Source of the DNA: Thermosulfurimonas dismutans
GTDB taxonomy: Bacteria > Desulfobacterota > Thermodesulfobacteria > Thermodesulfobacteriales > Thermodesulfobacteriaceae
NCBI RefSeq assembly: GCF_001652585.1
Contig: NZ_LWLG01000011.1
Coordinates: 30,001 to 62,000 of the forward strand
Reading direction: 5' to 3'
Length of the DNA stretch: 32,000 nucleotides
The position numbers and the translations under genes are program-made. The notes below the pieces were generated by a model. It was given only the letters and a program-made list of their open reading frames with translations, did not search any database and was not told the DNA's origin. Positions 30,029 to 32,000 of this stretch are shown here, piece by piece (positions within the stretch are counted from its first letter, which is position 1; the number at the start of each line of letters is the position of its first letter).

Positions 30029-31519
30029 ATGGGCGTACAAATCAAAATTGGAAATCAGGCCTCCGTTTGGGATTTCGAGGTTGAACCCCTCTTGATAATT
30101 GATCCCAACTTTAACGTTCTCTTCCTAAACCAAAAGGCCAGGGAAAAATACCGTTATACAGGTTCCCTTCCCGTTCGCTGTTTCCAATTGACCCATAATC
30201 TGGATCATCCCTGTTTTGAAGAAGGGGAAAAATGTCCTCTCAAAGAAGTCCTTGAAAAGAGACAAGGCCTTACCTGTGTGCATAAATATTCAAGACCAGG
30301 TGAAAAAATCTTATACGAAAAAATATTAGCTTCACCGGTTTACGATCTCTCGGGCAAGCTGGGAGGCATAGTTGAAATTATCGTGGATATCACCCCCTAT
30401 GTAGAGGAAGAAATCCGAGTTCGTGAGGAACTTGAACGCAGGGAAAAAGAACTGGAATCTCTGTTAGAGGTCCTTGAAGCCTCCAAAGTGGGGATATTCA
30501 TCCTTGACTCCAGCTTTAAAATAGTCTGGCTTAATCAGGCCATTGAAAAGTTTTTCGGAATCAAAAGAGAAGAAGTTATTGGCAAAGACAAAAAGGAATT
30601 AATCCAGCAAAAAATAAAGTTTATTTACGAAAAACCGGAAGAATTTGCCGAAAAAGTCCTTAAAACTTATAAAGAAAACACTTATATTGAAAATTTCGAA
30701 TGCCATGTACTCCCCGGAGAAGGACGAAAGGAACGCTGGCTTGAACACTTCAGTCAACCTATAGAATCCGGCCTTTATGCCGGGGGCCGGGTGGAATACT
30801 ATATTGACGTTACTCATAGGAAAAGACTGGAAAAAGAATTCCTGCAGGCCCAGAGGTTTGAACCCATCGCACAGATGATTGCTGGGATCGCTCACGATTT
30901 CAATAACCTCCTCATGACCATTCAGGGATTTGCCGAGCTCTCCCTTATTAAATTAGATAAGGATCACCCTGTATCGAAAAATATGCAACATATTATCTCT
31001 AGTTGCGAACGAGGGGCTAAGATCATTGACAAGCTTCTCACCTTTATGAGAAAGAAACCCATCGAAATAAAAGAGATCAATTTAACCTCCCTTGTCAAAG
31101 GGATAATACCCCTTATCAAGATAACGATGGGGCCCCACATAAAAACTCGAATCGAGCTCCCAGAAAAACCTCTTGTCATCCGGGGAAATGAGAGCGAAAT
31201 TGAACAGGTCCTCCTCAATCTCGTAATGAATGCCCGAGACGCTATGCCCGAGGGAGGGGATCTCTGGATAAGACTTAAATCTGATGGCCAATACGCCTTC
31301 ATTGAAGTGGAGGACTCCGGAGTGGGTATTCCTTCAGACATCCTGCCCAAGATTTTCGAACCTTTCTTTACTACTAAAGGCGATCTGGGCTCAGGGTTAG
31401 GACTTTCCGTAGTTTACGGGGTGGTAAAGAGCCTGGGAGGTGATATTGAGGTCCAATCTCAGCCCGGAAAAGGTACCCTTTTCAGGATCTCTTTTCCACT
31501 GGCTGCCGAACTCAATTAA
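30029..31519 (+). CDS. Cytoplasmic sensor histidine kinase: Cys/His-rich PAS-like domain, second PAS, HisKA, HATPase_c
   Basis: 496 aa with no TM segments. H-box IAHDFNNLL, N-box LLNLVMNARDAM, G1 VEDSGVGI, G2 GSGLGLSVV. N-terminal motif RCFQLTHNLDHPCFEEGEKCPLKEV. No response regulator is adjacent. Confidence 0.85.
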   Translation: MGVQIKIGNQASVWDFEVEPLLIIDPNFNVLFLNQKAREKYRYTGSLPVRCFQLTHNLDHPCFEEGEKCPLKEVLEKRQGLTCVHKYSRPGEKILYEKILASPVYDLSGKLGGIVEIIVDITPYVEEEIRVREELERREKELESLLEVLEASKVGIFILDSSFKIVWLNQAIEKFFGIKREEVIGKDKKELIQQKIKFIYEKPEEFAEKVLKTYKENTYIENFECHVLPGEGRKERWLEHFSQPIESGLYAGGRVEYYIDVTHRKRLEKEFLQAQRFEPIAQMIAGIAHDFNNLLMTIQGFAELSLIKLDKDHPVSKNMQHIISSCERGAKIIDKLLTFMRKKPIEIKEINLTSLVKGIIPLIKITMGPHIKTRIELPEKPLVIRGNESEIEQVLLNLVMNARDAMPEGGDLWIRLKSDGQYAFIEVEDSGVGIPSDILPKIFEPFFTTKGDLGSGLGLSVVYGVVKSLGGDIEVQSQPGKGTLFRISFPLAAELN

Positions 31520-32000
31520 GCTCTCAAGGCTGCCTTCTTTCGAATAAAATCCACGACTTCTTCAGGATTGTCTAAGACGGTAAATAGACTAAGGTCAGCT
31601 TCGGAAACTTTGCCACCCGCAAGCACCGTGTCTTTGAGCCACGAAATTAGGCCCTTCCAGTAATCCCGCCCCACCAGAATTATCGGAACCGGTCTAACTT
31701 TCCGAGTCTGAACCAGAGTAAGAATCTCAAAGAGCTCGTCAAAAGTCCCGTAGCCTCCGGGAAGAAACACGAAACCTACCGCATACTTGGCCATCATGAC
31801 CTTACGCACGAAGAAGTAGCGGAACTCAAGCCGAATATTGGCATAGGGATTGGGCTCCTGTTCCAAAGGCAGGCGAATGTTTATTCCCACAGAATAACCA
31901 CCTTCTTCTGCCGCCCCTTTGTTAGCAGCTTCCATCACTCCAGGCCCTCCCCCGGTAATTACCGAAAAACCAGCCCGCACCAATTCCCGTCCAATGGCCT
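31516..32000 (-). CDS. LOG-family (TIGR00730) protein, cytokinin-riboside-5'-monophosphate phosphoribohydrolase-like; 5' end lies outside the window
   Basis: Motifs TGGGPGVMEAANKGA and PGGYGTFDELFE. The reading frame stays open to base 32000 (...AIGRELVRAGF...), so the TTG at 31983 in the ORF track is not the true start. Confidence 0.85.
   Translation of the reverse strand, partial: AIGRELVRAGFSVITGGGPGVMEAANKGAAEEGGYSVGINIRLPLEQEPNPYANIRLEFRYFFVRKVMMAKYAVGFVFLPGGYGTFDELFEILTLVQTRKVRPVPIILVGRDYWKGLISWLKDTVLAGGKVSEADLSLFTVLDNPEEVVDFIRKKAALRA

Overview
This window is a compact, almost fully coding core-chromosome region. The protein set suggests an anaerobic, probably thermophilic, sulfur-metabolising bacterium (Thermodesulfobacteriota-like), but that taxonomic guess is inference only. 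I can support about 36 protein genes, 2 tRNAs, one programmed frameshift, two GC-rich hairpin terminators and several sigma70-like promoters. Genes are packed tightly. Many start/stop codons overlap, and three convergent gene pairs overlap tail-to-tail with no terminator between them. Most genes are housekeeping: argJ, surE, ribF, carA, prfB, hisS, trpD, a Trk/Ktr K+ uptake pair, trmH, queD/queE and cstA. There is also signalling: an HDOD-GGDEF protein, a Crp/Fnr regulator and an orphan PAS histidine kinase. Sulfur, redox and anion-handling functions are conspicuous: a COG1900 homocysteine-type enzyme, a LarE-like PP-loop ATPase, a CoA-disulfide-reductase/rhodanese fusion, two TSUP permeases, an HAO-family octahaem cytochrome and crcB. 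I found no CRISPR array, transposase, integrase, phage gene, toxin-antitoxin pair or recognisable defence system, so I do not claim one. The most system-like candidate is the translationally coupled operon CBS/ACT protein - COG1900 (DUF39) - orphan Fe-S-type LarE-like ATPase (8729..11320). Secondary curiosities are listed here.
- A PhoU + DUF47 fusion sits directly upstream of prfB.
- A stand-alone HAO-like octahaem cytochrome has no visible partner gene.
- A two-module intergenic repeat is shared by two divergent promoter regions.
- A permease-USP-TSUP-DUF1634 operon.
- A tRNA-Met/tRNA-Cys/queDE unit has only 10 nt between tRNA and CDS.
- A strongly signalled small basic HTH protein.
All calls rest on reading the translations and the DNA by eye. 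No database search or structure prediction was run.
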